64,000 nt of DNA, taken from assembly GCF_018350175.1 (NCBI RefSeq), contig NC_058368.1, positions 41,542,001 through 41,606,000 on the forward strand, in the 5' to 3' direction. The notes beneath the pieces were generated by a model. It searched no databases. It was not told the origin of the DNA and saw only the letters and a program-made list of their open reading frames with translations. A program made the translations under genes and the position numbers. Each line of letters starts with the position of its first letter. Position 1 is the stretch's first letter. Source of the DNA: Felis catus (lineage: Eukaryota). Shown here piece after piece: positions 26,962 through 39,798 of the stretch.

Positions 26962-27195
26962 GGGGTGCTTAGGTGGCTCAGTCGGTTAAGCAGCTAACTT
27001 TGGCTCAATCTAACAGCTCAAAGGCTCATGAGTTCTAGCCCTGCAACAGGCTCTTTGCTGACAGCTCAGAGCCTGGAGCCTGCTTGGGATTCTGTGTCTC
27101 CCTCTCTCTCTCTGCCCCTCCCCTGCTTGTGCTCTGTCTCTCTCTCTGTCTCTCCCTCTCTCTCTCAAAATAAATAAACATTAAAAGTTAAAAAA
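26962..27195 (+). mobile_element. CanSINE
   Basis: Perfect 18-bp TSD aagaattaattgtcattt at 26944-26961 and 27196-27213. Confidence 0.96.
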
Positions 27196-27925
27196 AAGAA
27201 TTAATTGTCATTTGATATATAATTTTGGTGTGGAATGATCTCCTTAAGTAATCCATAGGCAATCTAGGAAGTATTAAAATACAGTGAATTTGACATATGC
27301 TGGATACATATGGTCCTTTGTTGTTAATGTTTATGTGCACACACTTGCCAGAAGCAAAGTCCAAACCTACCAGATGTTAAAGCAACTCCATCTAAGCCCA
27401 TTACTCTGATTAATCTAGGCTTATTATCAAGGCTTCCATCTTGCAAATACAAAGTCAAAGAAGATGTAGAATCAGTGAACTTTCTGAGATTAATTAGGAG
27501 GAAATGAAGCCTCTAAACATTTCCAATATAGTAAATTATTTGATCTATAACAATACCACATACATCCCCAACACACATTTGAAAGAAAAGCTTGAAAGCA
27601 TAAAAAAATATGCTTATAATAGAAATTATTGCTGAAGCTAGCCAGATGCCTTTTCATTCATAATAAATTGTTGTTATACTATACTCATATGGCTTTTAGT
27701 TATCCAAATATTTTTAAAATATAAAAATTACAACTCCTACCCCTATTGAGAATAAAAACACTAATAAGTTTCTTTTCATAAAGAAAAAAACAAATTCCTA
27801 ATATCCAAAATATAAATATTTTTGAATCACCTTAAAGGTATGAAGAATGTGGTTGAAAGTTGCTATAGGTACTACTTCAGAGTAAACACTTTGCTTCATA
27901 ACATGAATGCAAACTCATATATATC

Positions 27926-28117
27926 TTTTTAATGTTTTATTTATTTATTTTGAGTGCGGGGGCACAGAAAGAGGGAGAGCAAGAGAAAATCCCAAGCAGG
28001 CTCCCCACTGTCTGTGTGGAGTCGGATGTGGGGCTCGATCTTACAAACCGTTGAGATCATGATCTGAGCTAAAATCCAGAGTTGGACGCTTCATGGACTG
28101 AGCCACCCAGGCACCCC
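27926..28117 (-). mobile_element. CanSINE
   Basis: Ends gactgagccacccaggcacccc. TSD caaa(c/t)tcatatat. Confidence 0.95.
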
Positions 28118-28749
28118 ACAAATTCATATATTTAGAGGAAATATAAAAAGACCACAAAATTAAGTTGACATTGTGCATTTTTGTGTCTATGATAATTATC
28201 TTTTGGCCTTAATTTGCAAATTTTTAAACACATAGAGTAAAAACTTCTGAAATTCAATTAGACTTATATTTAAAGACAAAAACAAGGATATTGTATATTA
28301 TTTTATTGTTTCTGACCCTCTAAGTAGAAAATTGTCTTCTATGCTCAATTAAATAAATCAAACAGATCCTGTCTAATGTGGGTTGGTTAACACAAGGGTT
28401 ATGATTCCTAGTCATGCCCATTAGAGGTAACTTTCAGGGAGTTAAATTAAGGATAAGCTCCAGACATGGCAAATGTTTGGTAAGGATGTTTTCCCATACC
28501 CAGTCAGCTCTATAACATCTTGGAAGTCTGGCTGGCTTTCAGGACATTTTATTCCACTAAGCAGCTGAACTCAAAGTTTACAAATGAGGCAGACACTGGA
28601 ATCTGTTTCTGGTATATGTGCTGCTGAAGAGAGCACTGGAATCTCTGATACCTGTTCCACAAACTCATTTCAGGCTAATCATTTGACTTCATTCTAATTT
28701 ATTGTGTTAGAAATGAGAATAACTTTACTGGCATTTATGAAATTGTGTA

Positions 28750-28916
28750 CTACAGACCTCTCCAATAAGAGTCATCTGGGGTGTCGTTAAAAATGCATAT
28801 TCCTGAATGCCACCATATCTCTATCACGTCAGAATATAAATTGTAGAGGCCAAGGAGATTGCATTTTTTATGAACTTTGTATTCAATATATATGCAACAC
28901 ACTTTGAGAGCAACTA
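28750..28916. mobile_element. MER5-like hAT-Charlie fragment
   Basis: catctggggtgtcgttaaaaatgcatattcctg..agaat..gcattttt..actttgagagcaact. Confidence 0.5.
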
Positions 28917-29683
28917 AATTAGGCTGATAATATAGGATACAAGAACAAGAGGAACAGGATCTGATGAAGATTCCAGATCCTTTCGCCTTCCAGGAATGAA
29001 GCAGTAACTGTCCTCTTCCTGGACCTTCACATTGACATGGGCAGGAGGCAAGGGGGAGCTGAAGGACTCCAGTGCTCTGGGAGGGACTTCTGTCTTACTT
29101 TTTTAAATTGTAGTTTCTTCTTTAAATTGTAGAATCTGACAAACAACATATCTTACTTCTTATCACTCTCACTAACATTTATGTGTGGAGGCAGAGAGAT
29201 AGTTTGTCAATAAGTATTTTATAAAAGAGCAAATGAATTAAATATCTGTATGTAACATTACCTTTTATGTATCTGTGAAGTGACAATGAATTTATGATGA
29301 ATTCTAAGCTCCCTGACTGTGAGGGTGACTACAGTTCCTTAATAGCTGAGGGGGTGGATTCCAGCTTTTAGGAAACAGAGGAAATACTATTTTTTGCAGT
29401 CTCTGATGTTGGAATGCCTTCCCCCCAACCTCTTATCCCAGTTTAATAAATGATAATCTTATAAATAATCTCTCAGCCTTCAATCATTTCTCTTCCATGA
29501 AAGTTCCGTGAAAGGTATTTTTAGACACTATTGATAAAATTTTAGCAGTCACTCTGGATAAGAATCCCATAACTAAAATATGAAAGTAATAATGGTTTAA
29601 ATATGATAATCTAACAAAAATATTCATATTGTTAATGTTTGATCATTGGTTTTAAACTCAAGAAACTATCACTGACACCACTG

Positions 29684-30354
29684 TTTTCTTTTCTTTTTTG
29701 TTTTTTCTTTCAGTGTGGTTTCTTTACTGACCCCCACCTCTTTCAAGGACAGGTGCAGACATCTGGGTGATGGCAAGAGATGTTCACTTGAAGGTACTGT
29801 TGTGATTGAAGGTCTGGCTGAAAGAAGTTTCTGGTACCTGTTGATAGAGCCACAGCTGGGTTCAGAAAACTGTGATGTTAGCCAGCGTCGTGTGTTCTCC
29901 ACCAAAAAAGTCCTCATTTTCAAGTGAGCATCCAGCAGCCCCAGAAGTCACCCCACCTCCTCATTTCTATGCTCTGTAGCCTGCTTGTTGTGGTGCGTGA
30001 TGCCCAAGGTGGGCAGGTACTGGCTGGTAACACTACACTGCTATCAACAAAGTTCACCCATTGTGCCACCTGCTTCTTCTCTGCTGCTCCTCATTGCTCA
30101 CATGGTAGGCAGTGAGATAGCTCTCAAATACACAGGATCCACGGTCCCCGTGAAGTGCTGGGAACTTGCTGGCAGGAAATTTATGGAGAAATTTAGGGTG
30201 TAGTTGGTTTAAATAAAGTGAAAGTGGGTGGTACGGACAGCTTGCCAACCTGAACCCCACTGTACTGAGCTACAACGAGAGCCTTAAAGGTCTTCCAGTT
30301 TTCAGGATACGTGTACAGGATTCCAGCCACCATGGTGAGTTCACAGAAAAGGGG
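29684..30354 (-). pseudogene. EEF1G: Processed pseudogene of eukaryotic translation elongation factor 1 gamma, internally deleted
   Basis: ATG at 30333. Reads [113 protein letters not shown] (stop 29786-29784). No introns, with frameshifts and a stop. Pyrimidine-rich 5' leader ccccttttctgtgaactcaccATG, EEF1G-like 3' UTR acatctcttgccatcacc, decayed poly(A) at 29684-29711. Confidence 0.95.
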
Positions 30355-30399
30355 TCACTGATTCTTTAGCAGCTTTTGTGTTTATCCTGACATCTTCAT

Positions 30400-30991
30400 T
30401 CCAAAGCCATCACTGCCGCTCCATTTCCTTGTTCTCCTGACAGCACCATTCTAAGTGATGTCTAATTGATCACCCATCTAGCCCATCTTCAATCCTGTCT
30501 CATGCATTGCCAGAATGCTTTTTCGAAAATGCATATGTAAACATAACACATATCCACTTAAAACATTTCTATGTTTGCATATCACTCATGGGACAAAATG
30601 CATAAGCATTTCATTGATGCAGAAGATCTCCATTATCTGGCCCTTAACTATTACTGCAAATGATTGCTGGCAAATTTCCGACCTTTACCTCCTCCACCAG
30701 ACAAAATTATTTATGTTTTCCCAGATATATAAAAGCGCTTTCTGACTCTGTGCCTTGGCATATATTCTCTCATTTTGAAACGCTCTTCCTGGCACCTGGG
30801 TGGCTTAGTCATTGAGCCACCGTCTTCCACTCAGGTCATGACCTGGCAGTTCATGAGTTAGGGCCCCACATCGGTCTCACTGCTGTCAGCCTGTCAGCCT
30901 GTCAGCAGAGAGCCCACTTCAGATCCTTTGTCCCCCTCCCTCTCTCTGCCCCTCACCAGCTTGTGCTGTCTCAAAAATAAATAAATATAAT

Positions 30992-31034
<43 letters not shown>

Positions 31035-31240
31035 AAAGAAAGAACGGAAAGAAAGAAAGAAAGAAAGAAAAGCTCTTCCACTTATGTAAGGACCCGGAAA
31101 ATGGCTACTAAACACTAACTCAAGTATACTGTCTATGTGGAAATGTCTCTGACTTCCCAGGGTTTGTCGTTTATTGTTTCCCTTCTACGTTTTACAAGAT
31201 CTTATCATTGGCACTCTTTATATTGTTCTGAAATTATTCC
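30400..31240 (+). mobile_element. L2 fragment interrupted by a SINE
   Basis: cattgccagaatgcttttt..aaaacatttc..tggccct..ctctgtgccttggcatat resembles the L2 3' region. Boundaries approximate. Confidence 0.45.
30791..31067 (+). mobile_element. CanSINE with a (GAAA)n tail
   Basis: ggcacctgggtggcttagtc head, (GAAA)n at about 30993-31070, TSD aaa(c/a)gctcttcc. Confidence 0.93.
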
Positions 31241-33765
31241 TTTATGTGAAACAAGTCAATTATTTTGAGATTTTTTTACTGTTAACTTCTGAAGAGAAGT
31301 CTAAACACCTATATTTTTAATCACTTGACTCCCCAGTCTCTAAGCTCCAGAAAATCAAACAATGGATGAGTTCCAAATCCATGGTTTCCTGGTCAATAGA
31401 CCGGAAAGAAAACACAGATCAACTAGGTGATCGTATTTTATCTTTCAGGAATTTAAACTGGAAAATGTAGGGACAATAATGTAGCTTTTAGCAGAAGATA
31501 AATCTAGAAAGGCCCACTTAAGGAAACACTGGAGGGTTTTATGTCAGGTAAGGAAGAACCAGATTCAACCTGAAATTATGAGGGAACAATAGCTATGAGG
31601 AAACAGGAGCTATATGGCAAATCAGATAGCTATGCATGTTGGAGAGCAAGGCAAAGCAAACTGGTAGCAAAAGGGGGAAATGACAGAAATTTGGAGTGTC
31701 ATGAGTCATTTTATAGCAGACCACATAATCATTAATAATTCTGTCTAATCTTCTACAGCTGATGCTCTTAGTGTACTGTCTTAGATCCTTCTAAAAAACT
31801 TAGGCTTCTAAATTTTCTCATTGGTCTGCAATATTATAATTTATATTTGCTTATGGCCTAATTATGCAATTTTTTTCTTGGATGAACAGTTATTCTTAAA
31901 ATAAATTCTTCATTACTGGAAGTAATTTGAGTGATTCTTTTCATTTTAACCACAAAGTCCTAACTAGAACATCTTTTCCCACAATAGTATAAATTGCACC
32001 CAGGCTGGGATATTCTCATCTTTCTCATTATATCTCTGATACGTAGTAAGCACTTTCCCTTTCCACATTGTTAGATACCATTAACATGTCCCAGTCTGTC
32101 CCCCAAATCCTACAAGTTGCCAATTTATTGTAACCAGGAGAGTTATAGTTTATAATGTCTTACAGTAATTACCATGAGGGGGTAGTGAGAGGACAGCTGG
32201 CCAACCTAAATTATCTAAAAAAAAAAAAAACCAAAATAAACAAAACAAAAACTTAGAAGATAGAACTTCCTAATTCACATATGAACAAGTAATTCAAGAT
32301 GAGTCATATCCCACATTGACCACAATGGGGAACGCTAAAGATAGTAAAGTAGCTAGTCACTGGGTCCAGAGAAAAATAGAAATCTAGAACATCTGATACA
32401 GTTACTGAGATGAGCACTTTTATAAAGTCTATTTGCAAAACATTCTCATTTTCTCAATACTCCCCCATTTGAGGCTCTCAACTGACCCTTAAATTCTGCA
32501 TAATGATCTGTACAGGTGACACCATTTCTTGTATCCATAATTTCAGTTAACTCCACACACCCTCATGTTCTGCAGTCTCTTCCCAGTTCTGGAAGCCTCT
32601 CATTTTAGACTTTCATATAACACAAAGTCACATGTAATGGAAGAACCCACCCATCATCCTAAGATCTTCTCTCAGTACTTTAAATGATCCTGCATATCAC
32701 CCTCCCCCCTAGAGCAAAGCTACCTTTGGTAACTCAAAGATGATTTATTCCCTTTTGGGTGATAAATATCTTTACAGTAGTATCTCTTTTGCTACACACC
32801 TTGATAAAACATGAAAACAATCCACCAAACATATGCAAAATTAGATTTCTGGGAGAACATACCAGAATTGTAATGATCAATGAATCAATGGATGATCATT
32901 GCACTAAAGACAAGAAGCTGACCATGGTCTTACAATGTTTTTACACCTAAAAAGAATATGTGAAATAGTACTATTTACAAGGCTAAAACCATATTATTTG
33001 ATGATCACAGCAGAAATAATGTAAGCACACTAATATTTTCAGGCCTCAAGACCCATCATCATTAAACTAAGTATTCAAGTAATCTAGCTTCTCTGCTCTT
33101 TCTATATTAGGAAGAAGGGCCTTAGTACCTTTGTTAGGTAGCATTTACATACCTAACAGATCAAGAAAATATTCATGCTTTAAGTCATATACATGAAGTT
33201 ATACCAATTTTTCTAGAACAGTAAGTTTAGACATGTTTAAAAGGTAAATGTAGAATAGTTACAAATAATATATTTTAAATGCATAGGATTCTGAGAAAGA
33301 GTAGGAGTAGATTGATAACTGTATAATGAACTGTTTTAGAATCCAAAATCTTGTAATTGGATTAAAACTACTAGTTCCTCTTATTCTGAGTTAGTCCATA
33401 TTCTTCAAATAGAATAATTTATGTGATAATGTGACTAGAGAAAACTAAAGGAGCCCTTTAGAATGTTATCAGAGAATGATAGGAGAGCTATTTTTGTAGT
33501 TTATCAAGGTATAATTATAAGTATATACTTTTTAAAAAGCTATGGAAATCTAAATATATTCATACTATTTTGTATTATACAAAGATTATTAATAAATCTG
33601 TGTATTCCTTAATTGTTTTTCCCGGTTTGGGAAATTATTAGAGTTATACTTTATCTGTACCTGGATTTAATGGGGAAAAATATGAATCTCAGTTATTCCA
33701 TAACTATTCTTAGTGGAGCTGGAACTGCATCAATTGGGCAGTCTTAAAAAGCCTTACCATAGAGA

Positions 33766-34332
33766 TGTGATATCATAGGATATCTAGTCTTTGTTCCCGG
33801 GTACTGTCACAAAACTCCTAAAATTCTTGGAATTTCCCAGTGATAAGGGTGACAGGATTGTATCTTTTGTTCTGAGGAGGCAACTCTTGGCAGCTCCTAG
33901 ATAACCTTAGGATGGGGACTGGTTGCCAGAAAGGCCTAATATTGATTAGATGTCTTGGATTTTTAGTCCCACTCTCCATCCTTCAGGGAGATGAGAAGGA
34001 CTGGAAATTGCATTACTCACCAATGGACAATGATTTCATCAGCCATGCCTGTAAGATGATACCTCCATAAAGAACCTCTAAAAGATGAGATGTAAAGAGT
34101 TTCTGGGTTAGTGAGTAGGAAGGAGGCATTAGGGGAGTGGATCTAGAAGCTCCACACTCTTTCCCCCAAAACTTGCCCTATATATGTATTCGCTTTGGCT
34201 ATTCCTGAGTTGTATCCTTTATAACAAATTAGTAATGGTAAGTAAACTCCTCTCCCGAGTTCGGTAAGTCTTGCTAGCAAATTATCAAATCTGAGGGGAG
34301 ATATGGGAACCCCTACCTTATAGCCAGTTGTC
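33766..34332 (+). mobile_element. MER21-like ERVL LTR, 3'-truncated
   Basis: tgtgatatc start. cttggaatttcc..ggatggggactggttgccagaaagg..caccaatggacaatgattt..cttgccctat..gttgtatcctttataa..agcaaattatcaaa..tgggaacccc..tatagccagttg. Confidence 0.75.
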
Positions 34333-37096
34333 CGAACACCCCAAGCAATGAAGGCAGTAGCTAGCCAAAAAGACCAGTGGGAAGAAAGAGGCCGTAGAAT
34401 ACAAACCTAGATTCAACAACTTTAGTTGTTATGGAAAAACATCTTGGTATGACCCTGTACTCTCAAGAGCATAAAATACTTTGCATGTAAAACCAGGAAA
34501 TTGCATACACAAACCCTTAGAGACTACCGTGAAGAAGCCAAAGCTTGAATTCAGGTATTGTAAGATTTAGAGAATAATCTTCAAATTCAGAATAACTATA
34601 AAGTCCTTGAAAATTTTCCTCTCCTATTATAATGGCCACATTTTGTATTTGTTTTTTAAGAAGACACCTTTGAAAATATCAATCTACATTTTTTCATATA
34701 AGATAGTTTTATGAATTATCTTCCATTCCTAGGGAGAAAGTCTCAGCTTAGTAGAAGAAAAGGTTAAGACGTTATGTGAGTATTTTTAGGCTTCACATCC
34801 GATTCAGACAGCAAATGAGGGTATCTTTGTCTTGGAGAGTTCCTCAATTGTTATGAGAAATGGAGAAGAAGACAGTTCATGTTAACATAATTATTAAAAT
34901 CAATGTGGAAACTCCCCCTCATTTTTATGATAGTACTTGAATCAACTTGGAAACTCCACTTTGCTTTCTTTCTGTCTCCTGACAGGTGAGGATCAAAAAA
35001 GCCTTTTAGGCTTAAGGAGAATTTTCTGGCAGATAACTATAACATGTATTTCAAAGGCCATTAGCAACATGATTTCTGGGAGGAGCTGGATTTTATTAAA
35101 AGTGGAATAGAGATACTGGATGATATTGACAAATCGATGATACTGGAAGTTGTTAGGTATTTCCTAAGAAATTTTTAAAATAAATAAGAGCATATAGTTT
35201 TATTAGAATTTTACTCTATGATTTCAAGAAGAATGGAAAAGTCAAGGCAAATTTCTATGCAAACTGTTCAGAACAGAGTATACAAATGTCATAATACTAA
35301 ATAACATGGCAGAAAGGGCATAGCTGTAATAAACATACTTTTTGAATTATTATCTATATTTGCATATATCAATGCAAGAAACTCAATAATTCCACAAATT
35401 ACTAACCACTAATTTACAATATATTCACTTGTAGGTGGTAATTTCTTCAGGTCAGCAACCTGAATTATCTGTAACTTAATTTTCTATAATCACCACATTA
35501 CCTCATAGGAGAGTTATGAAGTATGACTAATTAATGATTATAGCATTTTGAAAATTCAGTGTGTTATATGCTAATGCTAAATAATATGATAGCAATAATG
35601 CCAGGTGTGTAGTACATCAATGGACATTTACAAATGATAAACAAATTAAATAATAAACATATAATTGTCTATTATTCGTCCAAACATGGAATAGTTTATA
35701 TTTGTATTTGTCTAATCTAAAGACAGACAGTATTAATTAAAACTCCAGTTCTATCCTAGGAAATACACTTGGGAATATTTCACAAGTTGAAATATAAGGA
35801 AACTAAACACCAAAATGTGATTTTTGCATTCAAAGCTTCTTACAAGAGAAAAAAGTTACATACCTGATTTCATAATCCACTCATGTAACCATGCATTTGC
35901 TTAATTCAAAGAGTACATATACTATTGGTAATATCAGGATCATTGCTATGTTCTCCACCTTCTGACACCCTGTTAAAAATTACTAAAATCATTTTATATC
36001 CAGTATATGATAAGATCTGATTTTGAAAACATGGGGATATATTGATCATTAGAGTTAACTTCATAGGTCATATTCATATTCTCTGGATAATAAGGAGAAC
36101 ATATAAGGTAACTCCTTCATAGCTGATAGGATATTAGTTAGGCAGAAAAATGCTCACTAATACATCAGGACATGGAAAGGTTGCTGTATTTGACCACTAT
36201 ACTTCCTTTTTCCTAACATTCTCCATGTTTTTGTTTGGGTATGGATAAGTGTAGAACTGAGCCCTTGTGTTTCACGAACAAACCCACCAGCAGACAAAAT
36301 TGGGGAGTTGGATGTCAAGAGTAAGAGCAGTTGATAAAAGGACTGCTAAACCAACCAACAGATTCCATTCCCCTAGCCAAAATGACCAGTTCAACTGTGA
36401 GAAAATTATAGGACTATCCTTTGAATGGCTGGGTAAGTTTTTTTCCCCCTACCTATGGGAAAATGAAGAAGCTGTTATTTTTAATTACCTTTAACTGTGA
36501 GGAAATCAGCCTAAGGACAAAGTAAGAGAATGAAAATAAAGAAATCTTAAAGAAACTGAGATGAATACCCTATAAGACTAAGTCTCAAGCTTTTCTTACT
36601 CTATACTGTTCACATACATGAGCCAGGGCACCTGTTCTACAGTGGTATGGATTATAAAATGATATGAGTGATACAATCTGATCTCTTCCACAATGGTATG
36701 AATTTTCTACACCAAAGTCCCTAGCATATAAACGTGTGTGTGTGTGTGCGCACACACACATATGTATATATTTGAAGTGCTATGTATGTTTGGTTGTAAA
36801 AAATTCATAACATATTTTTATTTAAAAAAATGTTTTTCTTTGTTGGTTGATTCTAAATAATCCCCAAGTTTTTCTGTTTGGCTACTATTAACTATATACA
36901 GCTCTTAGATAGTGTCCTCTATACATCCTTCATTATATACCTCTCCAGTCTAGAGAATCTTTCTTGATCCTGATCTCCTTCACAATTGTTCTTCTTTCTC
37001 CTTTCCATGGTGTTTTCTTTTCAGTTTATCCTACTGCTTCTGCAATATTATTGACTTAACAAAGTTTCATGGGATGATTTAAAAACTCACAGCCTA

Positions 37097-37290
37097 GGGG
37101 CACCTGGGTGGCTCAGTTGGTTTAGTGTCTGACTTTGGACCAGCTCATGATCTCATGGTTCAGGAGTTCAAGCCCCACATCAGGCTCACTGCTGTCAGCA
37201 CACAGCCTACTTTGGATCCTCTGCTTGCCCCTCTTTCTGCTCCTCTCCTGCTCATGCTTTCTCTCTCAAAAATAAATAACCATTTAAAAA
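37097..37290 (+). mobile_element. CanSINE
   Basis: ggggcacctgggtggctcag head. Degenerate TSD taaaa.ctca.a.c.ta. Confidence 0.95.
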
Positions 37291-37390
37291 TAAAACCTCA
37301 AAACTTAGTAACTCCTTTCTATATCTTTCTGGGTCTCTGGAGTTCAACCTTTTCCCATGAAGTGCACACAACTTAGAAAATAATAGTTTT

Positions 37391-38311
37391 TCTGGGAAGA
37401 TGGCAGCGTAGGAGGACGCTGGGCTCACTGCGTCCTGCGGATCACTTAGATTCCACCCACACCTGCCTAAATAACCCAGAAAATCACCAGAAGACTAGCA
37501 GAACGGATTCTCCGGAGCCAAGCGCAGATGAGAGGCCCACGGAAGAGGGTAGGAAGGGCGGGGAGGCGGTGTGGGCTACAGGGACTGGTGGGAGGGAGCC
37601 GGAGCAGAGTGCCAGCTCACCAGCAAAGCAGAGCCCCCGAGTCTGGCTTGCAAAAGCTGAGGGGCCAGACAGAGTGTGTTCTGACAGCAAGCGGGACTTG
37701 ACATCTGGAAGGTTATAAGTTAACAGATCTGCTTGGAGAGCGGGAGGGCTGGAGGACAACGGGAGGGGGAGTTGTTGAGCCCCGGTCGACAGAGAGCAGC
37801 TTGGCGGGGAGCAAAAGCGCTCACCAGTGCCATCTCCCTCGCCCATCCCCCAGCCAAAATCCCAAAGGGAACCAGTTCCTGTCAGGGAACTTGCTTGCAC
37901 CGTGCAAACACCCAACCCTGTGCTTCTGCGGATCCACCCCTCCGGCAGGCAGGTCTGACTCCCTCCTGGTGCCTCAGGGCCCCTCCGGAAGCAGATCTCA
38001 GAAGGAAAAGCGAGCTGAGCCTGCCCCTCCTGTCCCATGCACCTTGCTGATCCACCGCAGCTAATACTCCAGATCCCCAGCACCACAAGCCTGGCAGTGC
38101 ACAAGTAGCCCAGACGGGCCACACCACCCCACAGTGAATCCCGCCACTAGGAGTGGGGAAGAGAAGGCACACACCAGTCTGAATGTGGCTCCAGCGATGG
38201 GCTGGGGGCAGACATCAGGTCTGACTGCGTCCCCACCCACCAACACGAGTTATTCAAGACAGAACAGGGGAAGTGCCCCACAGTTCCACACCACTCCAGG
38301 GACTATCCAAA
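37391..38311 (+). promoter_or_regulatory. L1 5' UTR internal promoter with a YY1-like AAGATGGC at 37397-37404
   Basis: gggaagatggcagcgtagg at the element start. Most GC- and CpG-rich kilobase of the window. Function inferred from L1 biology. Confidence 0.75.
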
Positions 38312-39206
38312 ATGACAAAAGGGAAGAATTCCCCTCAAAAAAACCTCCAGGAAATAATGACAGCTAACAAACTGATCAAAAAATGATTTAAACAATATAA
38401 CAGAAAGTGAATTTAGAATAATAGTCATAAAATTAATCGCTGGGCTTGAAAACAGTATAAAGGACAACAGACAATCTATTGCTATAGAGATCAAGGGACC
38501 AGGGACCGGCCAAGAGGAGCTAAAAAATGCTATTAATGAGCTGCAAAATAAAATGGAGACGACCACAGCTTGGATTGAAGAGGCAGAGGAGAGAATAGGT
38601 GAACTAGAAGATAAAATTATGGAAAAAGAGGAAGCTGAGAAAAAGAGACATAAAAAATCCAGGAGGATGAGGGGAAAATTAGAGAACTAAGTGATGCACT
38701 AAAGAGAAATAATCTACGCATACTTGGTATTCCAGAGGAGGAAGAGAGAGAGAAAGGTGCTGAAGGTGTACTTGAGGAAATAGTTGCTGAGAACTTCCCT
38801 GATCTGGGGAAGGAAAAAGGCATTGAAATCCAAGAGGCACAGAGAACTCCCTTCAGACATAACTTGAATCGACCTTCAGCACGACATATCATAGTGAAAC
38901 TGGCAAAATACAAGGATAAAGAGAAAATTCTGAAAGCAGCTAGGGATAAACGTACTCTAACATATAAAGGGAGACCAATAAGACTAGTGACGGATCTCTC
39001 TACTGAAACTTGGCAGGCCAGAAACAAATGGCAGGAAATCTTCAATGTGATGAACAGAAAAAAATATGCAGCCGAGAATCCTCTATCCAGCAACCCTGTC
39101 ATTTAGAATAGAAGTAGAGATAAAGATCTTCCCAAACAAACAAAAACTGAAGGAATTCATCACCACTAAACCAGCCCTACAAGAGATCCTAAGGGGGATC
39201 CTGTGA
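38312..39206 (+). pseudogene. L1 ORF1 (RNA-binding protein), frameshifted
   Basis: MTKGKNSPQK start, RHIIVKLAKYKDKEKILKAARDK, DLSTETWQAR, ends LQEILRGIL*. Broken over several frames. Confidence 0.92.
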
Positions 39207-39589
39207 GACAAAGTACCAGAGACATCGCTACAAGCATGAAACCTACAGACATCACAATGACTCTAAGCTCATATCTTTCTGTAATAACACTGAACGTAAA
39301 TGGACTAAATGCGCCAAACAAAAGATATAGGGTATCAGAATATATAAAAAAACAAAACCCATCTATTTGCTGTCTACAAGAGACTCATTTTAGACCTGAG
39401 GACACCTTCAGATTGAAAGTGAGGGGATGGAGTACTACTATTTACCATGCTACTGGAAGTCAAAAGAAAACTGGAGTAGCCATACTTATATCAGACAAAC
39501 GAGACTTTAAATTAAAGGCTGTAACAAGAGTTGAAGAAGGGCACTATATAATAATCACAGGGTCTATCCATCAAGAAGAACTAACAATT

Positions 39590-39798
39590 GGGGCGCCTGG
39601 GTGGTGCAGTCGGTTAAGCGTCCAACTTCAGCCAGGTCATGATCTCGCGGTCTGTGAGTTCGAGCCCCGCGTCGGGCTCTGGGCTGATGGCTCAGAGCCT
39701 GGAGCCTGTTTCCGATTCTGTGTCTCCCTCTCTCTCTGCCCCTCCCCCGTTCATGCTCTGTCTCTCTCTGTCTCAAAAATAAATAAATGTTAAAAAAA
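39590..39798 (+). mobile_element. Young felid CanSINE inserted in the L1 endonuclease domain
   Basis: Perfect 17-bp TSD aagaagaactaacaatt at 39573-39589 and 39799-39815. Confidence 0.97.

Noticed and set aside
29669..30260. Five overlapping short ORFs
   Set aside because: All are fragments or alternative frames of the EEF1G pseudogene.
34960..34992. Strong plus-strand acceptor-like site ttgctttctttctgtctcctgacag| (similar site at 24850-24861)
   Set aside because: No supported downstream exon or recognisable reading frame. Such motifs arise by chance in AT-rich DNA.
36267..36494. 75-aa ORF with an internal GG|gtaagt donor
   Set aside because: Non-ATG start, no acceptor and no recognisable homology.
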